A stretch of 64,000 nt of DNA from Candidatus Eiseniibacteriota bacterium (GTDB taxonomy: Bacteria > Eisenbacteria > RBG-16-71-46): contig OY970342.1 of NCBI GenBank assembly GCA_963717505.1, positions 1,472,001 through 1,536,000 of the forward strand, given 5' to 3'. Below, in pieces: positions 18,941 to 27,506 of this stretch. Below the pieces are notes generated by a model. That model saw only the letters and a list, made by a program, of their open reading frames with translations. It was not told the DNA's origin and ran no database searches. Made by a program: the position numbers and the translations under genes. The number at the start of each line of letters is the position of its first letter. The stretch's first letter is position 1.

Positions 18941-21304
18941 ATCCCCAGGTTCGTTCGAAAGCTCATCGCCGCGATCGCCGTCGCCGCGGTGTTTCTGCCT
19001 GCCCAGCCTGCGGGCGCCTTCCTCGACATCGAGAACCGCGGCCCGACGCTGACCGCCGGCGGTTTCGCCCTGCGGGTCACCAATGTCGGCGTCCTCGGCA
19101 ACGCGTTTTTCGACAATGGGCTCTCGAACGACAGTTCGTTCGAGATCCGCCCCGGGTCCGGGGCGGAGGCGTTGAACCATGCCGCCCTGTGGGTGGGTGG
19201 CCTGGACGAACGCGGTGCGCCGCGGGTGTCGGGCGGTCCGGTGCTCGAGTGGCGGCCGACCCTCGATCCCGAAGACCGGGTGCGCGGCGCCAACAAGGGA
19301 CGGCCCGGGACCCGGCGACTGGTCGACGACGACGGCGACGCTCTTGCCGACGAAGAAGCTCTCGACAATCGGGACAACGACGGCGACGGCGAGGTCGACG
19401 AGGACCTCGGCTTGTTCTCCGAGCACATGATGTCGGCGGTCTACGTGGATGATCGTCCCGAGGCTGTCCAGTACGTGTACGAGGGCGGGGAGCAACACAA
19501 GCCGTTCGGCCTGACCGTGCTGCAGGAAGCCTATGCGTGGAATGCGCCGGGGTATGAAGGCATCGCAGGGCTGTCGTTCACGATCACGAATCACGGTGAC
19601 CGGCGGATCGAAGGCGTGCGCCTAGGGTTCTTCGCCGATCTCGACTCGCGCGACCGTAACAACGCGAGCGGGCACCTGAACGACCGCATCTCCACCCAGA
19701 GCTACTCGCGAGAGGTGATCGACGGGACGTACTCGATGTCGTTGGGCGGGAGCTTCTGCGGCCAGGGCACCCCACCGGCGCCCTGTCCGCCGGTGACCTG
19801 CTCCGAGGAGCTCGAGCAGACCGTGACCGTGCTCTCGGATTTCAGCCAGGACAATGGCTTGCCGACGGTCGCGGTCGTGCCCCTCTACCACACCATAGAT
19901 CCGCTCGCGAGCATCACACCGGTGCGCAGCTACGCGCGGGCCCCCGCGCGTGTGAGCTTCCAGACTTCGGTGTTCGCGCGCGGCCGCTCGCCGCGCCAAG
20001 GCGGATTGCCGTCGACTGATGCCGAACGCTACGAGGCGCTGCGGGGAGTCTTCCCACAAGCCAATACCACGGGAGCCGACGATTACGCGGTGCTGGTGTC
20101 GTGCGGTCCGTTCCCGACGCTGGGGCCCGGCGAGAGCCTCGAGCTGCACGTGGCGCTGGTCGGAACCCTCAGTCCAGACAGCCTCGAGCTGCTCATGGGC
20201 AACGCCGCTGCCGTCGAACGCGGGCGCTTCCTCAACCTGATTCCGGATTCACTGCCGCCGCCCTACCCCAACGACTGGAACAATGGCATCAGCGGCAAGG
20301 CGGGCCACGAAGCGTGTGTCGATGCGCCGGTGCCGTTCATGTGGGATCCGCATTGCACGGGAAAGTTCGATCCGAACCTCGGATTCGTGGCCGTCGACGA
20401 GTTCTACACGCCGGGCAACTGCATCTGGACCGACGCCGACTGCGACCTGTGCACCGGCTTCGGCGGCAACGAAACCCACCAATTCTGGCTGGACCCGAGC
20501 GATCTGCCGGTGCCGCCCAGCCTGCGCATCGTGCCCGGCGACCATCGGCTCAGGATCGAGTGGGACAACGTGCCCGAGGTGCTGGCCAACGCCCAGCTCA
20601 CCGGCCCGCGCGGCGGCAAGTTCGCCGGCTACCGGGTGTACAAGGCGGCCGACTGGCGCGGGCGCAGCTCGCTGCTGCCGCCGCGCGAGAACTGGGCGCT
20701 GCTCGGCTCGTTCTCGAACGACTCGACCTTCAGCCAGCAGAAGCTCTCGACGGTCACCGACACCACCCTCGACTACGTGCGCATCGCCTACGAGCAGCCG
20801 CTCTACCCGATGGGGCGCTACTACGTCGACGACCCGGAAGTGCTGAACGGGTTCGACTACGGGTACTTCGTGTCGGCGGTGGTGGCGTTCGACATCGAGG
20901 TCGGACAGAGCATCCGGCGGGTGGAATACGAGAGTGCGTTCACGCCGAGCTTCTCGCAGATCGAGCGGCCGAACGTGGCGTCGCGCGACCGGGCGGGGCA
21001 GGTGTGGGTGGTGCCGAACCCGTTCCGAGCGCGAGAGACGTGGGACCGGCCGCCGGTGATCGGGGACCAGCTGACGCGGCACGTCGACTTCATGGGGCTG
21101 CCTCGGGCCCAGTGCACGATCAAGATCTGGACGGTGTCGGGGGACCACGTGCAGACGATCCACCACGATGGGACCAACGGCGACGGACAGGCGCCGTGGG
21201 ACCTGATCTCGCGCAACGGACAGGAGTGCGAATCGGGGATCTACCTGTTCACCATCGACTCGCCGGTCGGGCAGCAAACCGGCAAGTTCATCATCATTCG
21301 ATGA
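18941..21304 (+). CDS. Large exported protein with DxDxDG Ca-binding motifs, Cys-rich segments and T9SS-like C-terminal domain; start uncertain
   Basis: Signal peptide, DDDGD/DNDGDGEVDED, C-terminal VVPNP...CTIKIWT...WDL...SGIYLF. Confidence 0.75.
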   Translation: MPRFVRKLIAAIAVAAVFLPAQPAGAFLDIENRGPTLTAGGFALRVTNVGVLGNAFFDNGLSNDSSFEIRPGSGAEALNHAALWVGGLDERGAPRVSGGPVLEWRPTLDPEDRVRGANKGRPGTRRLVDDDGDALADEEALDNRDNDGDGEVDEDLGLFSEHMMSAVYVDDRPEAVQYVYEGGEQHKPFGLTVLQEAYAWNAPGYEGIAGLSFTITNHGDRRIEGVRLGFFADLDSRDRNNASGHLNDRISTQSYSREVIDGTYSMSLGGSFCGQGTPPAPCPPVTCSEELEQTVTVLSDFSQDNGLPTVAVVPLYHTIDPLASITPVRSYARAPARVSFQTSVFARGRSPRQGGLPSTDAERYEALRGVFPQANTTGADDYAVLVSCGPFPTLGPGESLELHVALVGTLSPDSLELLMGNAAAVERGRFLNLIPDSLPPPYPNDWNNGISGKAGHEACVDAPVPFMWDPHCTGKFDPNLGFVAVDEFYTPGNCIWTDADCDLCTGFGGNETHQFWLDPSDLPVPPSLRIVPGDHRLRIEWDNVPEVLANAQLTGPRGGKFAGYRVYKAADWRGRSSLLPPRENWALLGSFSNDSTFSQQKLSTVTDTTLDYVRIAYEQPLYPMGRYYVDDPEVLNGFDYGYFVSAVVAFDIEVGQSIRRVEYESAFTPSFSQIERPNVASRDRAGQVWVVPNPFRARETWDRPPVIGDQLTRHVDFMGLPRAQCTIKIWTVSGDHVQTIHHDGTNGDGQAPWDLISRNGQECESGIYLFTIDSPVGQQTGKFIIIR

Positions 21305-22545
21305 GAGGACGCTCGAATTTAGGCGCCGCGTCCGGGATCGGCGCGGTGCGGGCGGCCCTGCTGGCCCTGGGGATCCTGGCCCTGGGCGGCTGCGGCAAGG
21401 ATGCCACGGCACCGCTCGCCCCGGTCGTCATGCCGCCCGAGATCGTCGAGGTGTTCCCGCCGGCGCGCAGCACCGGGATCCCGTACGAGACCACGATCCG
21501 AGTGCGCTTCAAGACGCCGATCGTGCCGACCAGCGCTAATCCCACGACGGTGTTCCTCAAGATCGACACGCGCCGAATCCCGATCTCGTTCAGCTTCAGC
21601 GACTCGAATCGCGTCGTGACTCTGAGACCGCAACGCGACCTCGACCTGCGGCGCACCCACACGGTGGAGATCACCACCAAGGTGAAGACCACGGAGGGGG
21701 GCACGCTCAGCCAGCTCTACTACTGGCAGTTCCGCACCACCTCGGTTCGGCACGTCGAGCAGCCGCTGCCCAGGAACGGATTCGGCACCGAGGGCCCGTT
21801 CGCGCCGCTCTGCTGGCGCGCAACCGAGTCCTCGGCGGGACCGGTTGCTTACACCGCGTACGTTTCGACCGATTCGGCCCAAGTCGCAACCGGAACCGTG
21901 GACCCGATCAACGTCGGCTCGGCGTACCTGCTGCCGCCCCTCGGCCGGTGGAATTTCGACACGCGCTACTACTGGCGCGTGGAGGCGCGCAACGTCCAAA
22001 CCGGCGACTACGAGGAAGGCCCGGTGTGGAGCTTCAAAACCCTACCCGAGAACACGCCCACAGCCGTGGTGCTCGTCGGTCTGCGCGACTCGGGAACCTG
22101 GGACGACCGGCCGCAATTCCGGCGCTGGCGCTGCCCCGACATCCTGTCCGGGGCACAGCTCGGCTCGGTCCTGCGTTTCAGAATCGAGACGCTCGACTCC
22201 AATCTGGTGGTCGCCGACGCCAGGATCGAGGCCGGGGCCTCGGCGATCATCACCGATCATGGTCCGGCGATCTACGAATTGGATCAACCGACCGCGCCCT
22301 GCGATGGCATCACCACCGGGATGCCGCTCGCCAACAGTTACCTGTCGCCGGGCGAACCGCAGCCGACGGGGGCCATCCACTTCAAGACCGCGAACCTGAT
22401 CTCGCGCATCCAGGGGCGCATCCGCCGCCAGCCGTATTTCCTCGACTACTCGCTCAAGTCGACTCGGGGACTCACGTTCTCGGTGCCTTCGGTCATCGTC
22501 TGGGTTTCCTACTATCAGCTGCCACCGCCGCCCGCGACCCGCTAG
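21301..22545 (+). CDS. Lipoprotein with Ig-like (Big_5-like) and FN3-like domains
   Basis: Lipobox LGGC; IVEVFP...IRVRF...WQFRT; YYWRVEA...GPVWSFKT; ATGA overlap. Confidence 0.75.
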   Translation: MRGRSNLGAASGIGAVRAALLALGILALGGCGKDATAPLAPVVMPPEIVEVFPPARSTGIPYETTIRVRFKTPIVPTSANPTTVFLKIDTRRIPISFSFSDSNRVVTLRPQRDLDLRRTHTVEITTKVKTTEGGTLSQLYYWQFRTTSVRHVEQPLPRNGFGTEGPFAPLCWRATESSAGPVAYTAYVSTDSAQVATGTVDPINVGSAYLLPPLGRWNFDTRYYWRVEARNVQTGDYEEGPVWSFKTLPENTPTAVVLVGLRDSGTWDDRPQFRRWRCPDILSGAQLGSVLRFRIETLDSNLVVADARIEAGASAIITDHGPAIYELDQPTAPCDGITTGMPLANSYLSPGEPQPTGAIHFKTANLISRIQGRIRRQPYFLDYSLKSTRGLTFSVPSVIVWVSYYQLPPPPATR

Positions 22546-22558
22546 AGTCCGTCCAAGA

Positions 22559-23698
22559 ATGAAGCAACTGGCTCTGGTCCTCCTGGTGGCGGCGCTCGCG
22601 GGCGCGGCCTTCGTGCCGCCCGGCCCCGTGCGCGCACAGACTCGCGCCTCCGGCGTGCGGCCGTGGACTCCCCCCGGCGCCGACACGATTCAGGTGTGGG
22701 CGGCCGAAGTGCGGGCGGCCCTGCGGGCCCAGCCCACGGACTCGATCGATGCCGCCACCAAGACGGCATACGACCGCCTGGGCGGCATCGCGTGGCGATT
22801 CCTGCGCTCTCTCGGCCGTGCACGAGTCGGCGAGATCGCGGCGGTCGAGTCGGCGCTCGATTCGCTCGGCTTCGACACCGACCTGGTCGCCGATCCCGTG
22901 ATTTCGAGCTTCGTGTTCCTGGTGGCGCGCAATCCCCATCGGTTGGACGCGCACGCTATGGGCTACTTCTTCTGGTATCGGGGCGACCGCCTGATGATGC
23001 AGGCGATGGCGCTGCCGGGTGGCCGCAAGCCCCTGTTCCGCGTGTGGTGGAACAACGAGGCCGAGGCCCCGTATGTGTGGGGTCTGTTGGACCGGGCGCG
23101 CGACGGCCGAATGGGAATGCACCTCCTGCGAATGACCTCCGACGGTGGATTCTGGCGGCCATTCCAGTGGCCGGGGCACGGCCCGGACCTCGACGGGGCG
23201 TACGAGGCAGTCTGGGTGGACCTCGATCGCGACCTGCGCCCCGAGCTCAAGACTTGGTCGCGCGCGACGCCCGATCCGTTGTTCGCCGAGTGCCCGGGTT
23301 GCCCCCCGCGGCTGATCGAGCGAACCTACGCCGATCGCCGCCGCGCCGGGTTCGAGCTGATCGAGAATCGGGTGATGGCGACGCCGTACGCGACGTTCAC
23401 CGACTTCGTCCGTGCGCTCGTGAATCAGGATCGGTCGGCGGCCGCGCGCTGTGTGGCGAAGCCGCAACTGGTCGACGAGGCGCGCAAGCTGGGCTGGGGG
23501 TCGCGACGCGCCGATAGTACTTGGGCGCTCGAACGCTTCGAGCAGGAACGCTGGCCGCGGTGGCTGGGCCTCAAGTTCTCGAGCTCGAGCGGGCCGAAGC
23601 GCTACGTGGTCCGCTTCACCGAAGAGGACGGACGATGGCTGATCGAGAGCTGGACTCAGGCCGCCGCGGACTCGACCGCGGCCGGCCAGCGCGAGTGA
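22559..23698 (+). CDS. Exported hypothetical protein with CxxCP motif (paralog A)
   Basis: Signal peptide; FAECPGCP; NTF2-like-looking C-terminus. Confidence 0.7.
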   Translation: MKQLALVLLVAALAGAAFVPPGPVRAQTRASGVRPWTPPGADTIQVWAAEVRAALRAQPTDSIDAATKTAYDRLGGIAWRFLRSLGRARVGEIAAVESALDSLGFDTDLVADPVISSFVFLVARNPHRLDAHAMGYFFWYRGDRLMMQAMALPGGRKPLFRVWWNNEAEAPYVWGLLDRARDGRMGMHLLRMTSDGGFWRPFQWPGHGPDLDGAYEAVWVDLDRDLRPELKTWSRATPDPLFAECPGCPPRLIERTYADRRRAGFELIENRVMATPYATFTDFVRALVNQDRSAAARCVAKPQLVDEARKLGWGSRRADSTWALERFEQERWPRWLGLKFSSSSGPKRYVVRFTEEDGRWLIESWTQAAADSTAAGQRE

Positions 23699-24813
23699 GG
23701 CGGGTCGGGCCGGGCCTTCGCGGCGAGCGCGCCGCCGGCGCGGCCACGTGGCTACTCGCCGTGATCGTCGTCGCCGGAACGTTGTGCGGCTGCGAGCGCC
23801 AGGTGACGCTGGTCGATCGCGGATCCGACTCGACCGGGACGGGGGGCACCGACTCCCTGACCTTCCTGCTGCGCCGGGTGCCCGAGGCGTGGGAAGGCGG
23901 CGTCGACGATCTGGGTGCGGCGCGAATCACGGCTCAGGCCGTCCGCCAGGATCTCGGCCGGCGCGATCCCTCCGAATGGCCCCGCCGCGCCAAGTACCTG
24001 CTCGATTCGCTCAGTGTCGGCGTCGAGATCGCGGGCGAGCCGTGCGGCCTGGTGATCAACCTGTTCCTGCGATCGGACCCCGGCCGCGGATCGTGGCCGT
24101 TCCTCATCTGGTGTCGCGACGATCCGACGGCACCCCAGCTGGTCGAGCTGGAGGGCCGCGGACTGCGCCTGACCGCGGCACGCGTCCGGCGCACCACCGC
24201 GGCGATCGATCTGGGCGGCGCCCAGTCCGGCGGGGGCGACCTCGTGGCTGGCCTATTCGGGCGCGCCCGCGGTCCACGCCAGGAGCCGATGCTGTTCGTG
24301 TGGAGCCGGACCGGCGACCAATGGAAGATCGTGCAGACCCTCGGGGCCGACTCGCTCGGCGGCTTCGGCGAGGGACGTTTCGAATCCGAGGGCGGGCCGA
24401 TTGACCTGGTGGTGCGCACCTACCGCGCGCGCGCCGGATTCGACGAGTGCCTGACCTGCCCGCACCTGTGGTGGACGCATCGCTTCACCTGGGGCGACGT
24501 CGGGTTCGACCGGGTCGAATCCAAGCAGGAATTCTCGACCTACACGACCCTGGTGCGCTTCCTCGACGCGCTCGAAACCCGCGAGGTGAATCCGGCGTTG
24601 TTCGCGACCGGGTCCGCGGTGGTCGATCTCGCGCGCTCGTTCGAGTGGGACGTTCCCAAGGGCGCGTGGCGCGTGGCGCCCGGCAGCGAGACGGGGGGCC
24701 TCGAACTGATCGTCTATCGCGGCCCGCAGGAGAGTTACAAGGTCACCTTCGAGCCGCGCGTCGGCGACTGGCTGGTGTCAGGAATCGAATCGGTGCCGCG
24801 GTCGATCGAATGA
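23695..24813 (+). CDS. Hypothetical lipoprotein with CxxCP motif (paralog B)
   Basis: Lipobox-like LCGC; FDECLTCP; C-terminal half aligns by eye with paralog A; GTGA overlap. Confidence 0.7.
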   Translation: MRRVGPGLRGERAAGAATWLLAVIVVAGTLCGCERQVTLVDRGSDSTGTGGTDSLTFLLRRVPEAWEGGVDDLGAARITAQAVRQDLGRRDPSEWPRRAKYLLDSLSVGVEIAGEPCGLVINLFLRSDPGRGSWPFLIWCRDDPTAPQLVELEGRGLRLTAARVRRTTAAIDLGGAQSGGGDLVAGLFGRARGPRQEPMLFVWSRTGDQWKIVQTLGADSLGGFGEGRFESEGGPIDLVVRTYRARAGFDECLTCPHLWWTHRFTWGDVGFDRVESKQEFSTYTTLVRFLDALETREVNPALFATGSAVVDLARSFEWDVPKGAWRVAPGSETGGLELIVYRGPQESYKVTFEPRVGDWLVSGIESVPRSIE

Positions 24814-26000
24814 CCCGGTGGTTCGCCGTCGTGGCCTGGCTCGCGCTGCCCGCCGTGGCCTCGGCGCAACCCGATACGCTCGAGTTTCGCGACGCGGCGC
24901 GGCTGGCGCAGCCCGAGTCGACGTTTCTCCAGGATGCCCGGGTCCCAGCGGATTCGTTCTTCTTTCGCGATCCTGGTCCGCCGCCAGGAAGTCGCGCGCT
25001 CAGTTCGGTGCGCTACATGGCGCCACCCGACGCTCCCTACCGCGCCGAGGAAGTGCGCGTGCGCACTGCCGAGAGCGTGTTCCTCGGAGGCACGTTCACC
25101 GTCCCGCGTCTGACGCCGGTGCGTGTCGGGCGCCGCTCGGTGGTGCCGCGCTCGCCGGCGGTGGTGCTGATCTCGGGCGCCGGCGCCGACGATCGCGATC
25201 ATTCGGCGGCTGGCGGCGTCTACCGGCCCTTCCACGACCTCGCCGACACGCTGTCGCGCCGCGGGATGGGAGTGCTGCGTCTCGACGATCGCGGCATCGG
25301 CGCATCGAGCGGCCGACTCGACACCGCAACCACGCTCGACCGGGCCAACGACGCGCGCGCGGCACTTGCGTACTTGCGCCGCCGCGCCGACGTCGACCCC
25401 AAGCGCATCGCGTTGCTGGGATTCGGCGAGGGCGCGGTGATCGCCTCGATCGTGGCGGGCGAAGACTCGCTGGTGACCGGCGTTGTGCTGATCGGGTGCC
25501 CCGCGGTTTCGGGCAAGGACCTGGCCCTGGTCCGTGTGCAGGGCTGGGTCGAGCAACGCGATGGTTACGATCGGGCGGAGCGCGACTCGATCGTTGCCGA
25601 CATCATGCGCGATTGGCAGGCGAAGCTCGCGACCGATCCGTGGACGCGTTTCTACCTTGGCTATGATCCACGGCCGGCGGTGCGGCGCGTTCGCCAGCCG
25701 GTGTTGCTGGTTCAGGATCGATCGGACGATGTCGTTCCGCCGGCGCACGCGGACACGCTGGCGAAGGTGCTGGGCGCCGCCGGCAATCGCCAGGTGACCC
25801 TGCGCCCCTACCCGGACCTGGGTCCGGGGTTCGTCCACGGCACGCCCGAGCTTCCGGGCGAGGTCACGGGGTCGACGGCGCGAAGCGCGCAGGTCGTTGC
25901 CACGAATGGGGATGATCCACCGGTGAAGCCGATACCGCTGTCGCGGGACGTGAGCGGCGTCATCGCGAATTGGCTCGCCGCGCGCCTGCGACTGCCCTAG
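24810..26000 (+). CDS. Exported alpha/beta-fold hydrolase-like protein with degenerate catalytic triad
   Basis: PAVVLISG.G..DRD, LRLDDRGIGAS, but GFGEG at the nucleophile elbow. Confidence 0.8.
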   Translation: MTRWFAVVAWLALPAVASAQPDTLEFRDAARLAQPESTFLQDARVPADSFFFRDPGPPPGSRALSSVRYMAPPDAPYRAEEVRVRTAESVFLGGTFTVPRLTPVRVGRRSVVPRSPAVVLISGAGADDRDHSAAGGVYRPFHDLADTLSRRGMGVLRLDDRGIGASSGRLDTATTLDRANDARAALAYLRRRADVDPKRIALLGFGEGAVIASIVAGEDSLVTGVVLIGCPAVSGKDLALVRVQGWVEQRDGYDRAERDSIVADIMRDWQAKLATDPWTRFYLGYDPRPAVRRVRQPVLLVQDRSDDVVPPAHADTLAKVLGAAGNRQVTLRPYPDLGPGFVHGTPELPGEVTGSTARSAQVVATNGDDPPVKPIPLSRDVSGVIANWLAARLRLP

Positions 26001-26010
26001 AATTTCGGCG

Positions 26011-26793
26011 GTGAAGAAGCTGATTGCCATAGGCCTCGCGTGTCTAGCGTTCGCCTGCGCGCGACCGTCCGCTGCCCAGTGGCCAATCCCTGCCGAACTG
26101 GGTGCGGGGAGTCAGTTCGAGTACGGCTGCTACGATCCTTGCGCGTGCCCGATCTTGATCCGCGGTCCGGTCGAAGGGACGATGAGTCTCTTGATCGACG
26201 ATGTGATCGACCCCAAGAACCCGTTCGTGAACTATTGGGTCGACGACGTGAGATGGCGCGTGCCCGACATCGGGCCCGGCATCGTGGTTTTCGGAGCGGG
26301 GTTCTACCGCCGGCACCTGGTAACACACGAGCATCAGCTCGTGCTGGATTTGTCTTTTGGCAACGGCCCGGATCAGCACTTCGACAGCGGGTTGGTTCCG
26401 GGTTCGGGAGCCGAAGACGTCATTAACATAGATATCTCGCTGCACGGCGAATTTTGTTTCGACTCAGTTTTTAGAGTGCGCGCGAGGCTCCGGACTACGG
26501 GTGTTCCCGGTGGGGGCGTGCCGATTTCGGCACGTGCATTCCCGAATCCGTTCGGAGTCACGACCGAGATCGCATTTTCGACCGGTGCTGAAGGACCGGT
26601 CGACGTGCGGGTCTTCGACCTGGCCGGGCGGCAGTTGGCGGTGCTCGCGAGTGGCCGGCGCGCCGCGGGTCCGGTGGCATTGCGCTGGGACGGCCGCGAC
26701 GCCGGCGGACGGCCGGTGGCGGCCGGGGTCTATCTGGCGCGCGTCCTTGCAGAAGGGCGGAGCGCCCTGGTTCGCCTCGCGCGAGTTCCCTGA
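26011..26793 (+). CDS. Exported Cys-containing protein with FlgD-Ig/T9SS-like C-terminal domain
   Basis: Signal peptide; GCYDPCACP; FPNPF...VFDLAGR...WDGRD..G..VAAGVYLAR. Confidence 0.8.
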   Translation: MKKLIAIGLACLAFACARPSAAQWPIPAELGAGSQFEYGCYDPCACPILIRGPVEGTMSLLIDDVIDPKNPFVNYWVDDVRWRVPDIGPGIVVFGAGFYRRHLVTHEHQLVLDLSFGNGPDQHFDSGLVPGSGAEDVINIDISLHGEFCFDSVFRVRARLRTTGVPGGGVPISARAFPNPFGVTTEIAFSTGAEGPVDVRVFDLAGRQLAVLASGRRAAGPVALRWDGRDAGGRPVAAGVYLARVLAEGRSALVRLARVP

Positions 26794-26800
26794 GGGACTG

Positions 26801-27310
26801 TCAGCGGCACGGCTTCCGACGCTGCACCGTCCACGCAGGCGGCTGCCCTCGCTCATAACTGAGGGTCACCGTGAAGCCCTCGGCATCCGTGTCATCGCGT
26901 CCCTGGGCTTTGGCGATGAAGCCAGTCACGGACGCGCCGCTGACGGAGAAGTCCCATCGGTGAAGAAGATCGCCTAGGTGGACCCCGAGCGTGACGCGAA
27001 AGTCTGCGGTATCGGGCACATCCGTGAAGGTCGCCCATTCTTGGAAGTAGATCTGCTCGCCGGAGAGCACCGCGCCCAGCCCTTCCTTGGCTTCTGCGAT
27101 GACCGCGCGGGGTAGTAGGTGCCGGTGCCCGCGGCCGCGCATCGTCTCAAGCGCCCGTTGATCACGCGCGCCGAGGTTCGGAGCGGCGGTCGTGAGATTG
27201 TCGGGCGGAGCTACGGCAGTGGGCAGTCGACCTTTGCGACTGCAGCCGACCGTGACGAGCGGCAACAGCACCACGATGCATAGGGCACGAATGCACGGGC
27301 GTACAGACAC
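26801..27310 (-). CDS. Putative lipoprotein with pilin-like body
   Basis: AAGGAG SD before GTG; hydrophobic stretch ending TVGC; RAVIAEAKEGLGAV...YF segment. Confidence 0.55.
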   Translation of the reverse strand: MSVRPCIRALCIVVLLPLVTVGCSRKGRLPTAVAPPDNLTTAAPNLGARDQRALETMRGRGHRHLLPRAVIAEAKEGLGAVLSGEQIYFQEWATFTDVPDTADFRVTLGVHLGDLLHRWDFSVSGASVTGFIAKAQGRDDTDAEGFTVTLSYERGQPPAWTVQRRKPCR

Positions 27311-27506
27311 CGACAAGACTCCTTGCCTGGAATCGCTCTCGCCCAGTGGCGAGGGCGACTGGATAATCTCACCGAAGCGGTGGACGCTGCCATACCCAGC
27401 TACTCAAGCACCTGAGCAATCCGCTATGATCCCCGCTCCTTCGGGCGTCCCGAGCGCCCCGGTTCCACCGTAGAACGCAATGCGCGCGGTCTGCAGGGAA
27501 GCACCC

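Noticed and set aside
20101-22545. 814-aa version of the Ig lipoprotein
   Set aside because: N-terminal half is an off-frame overlap with the upstream gene; the lipoprotein starts at 21301
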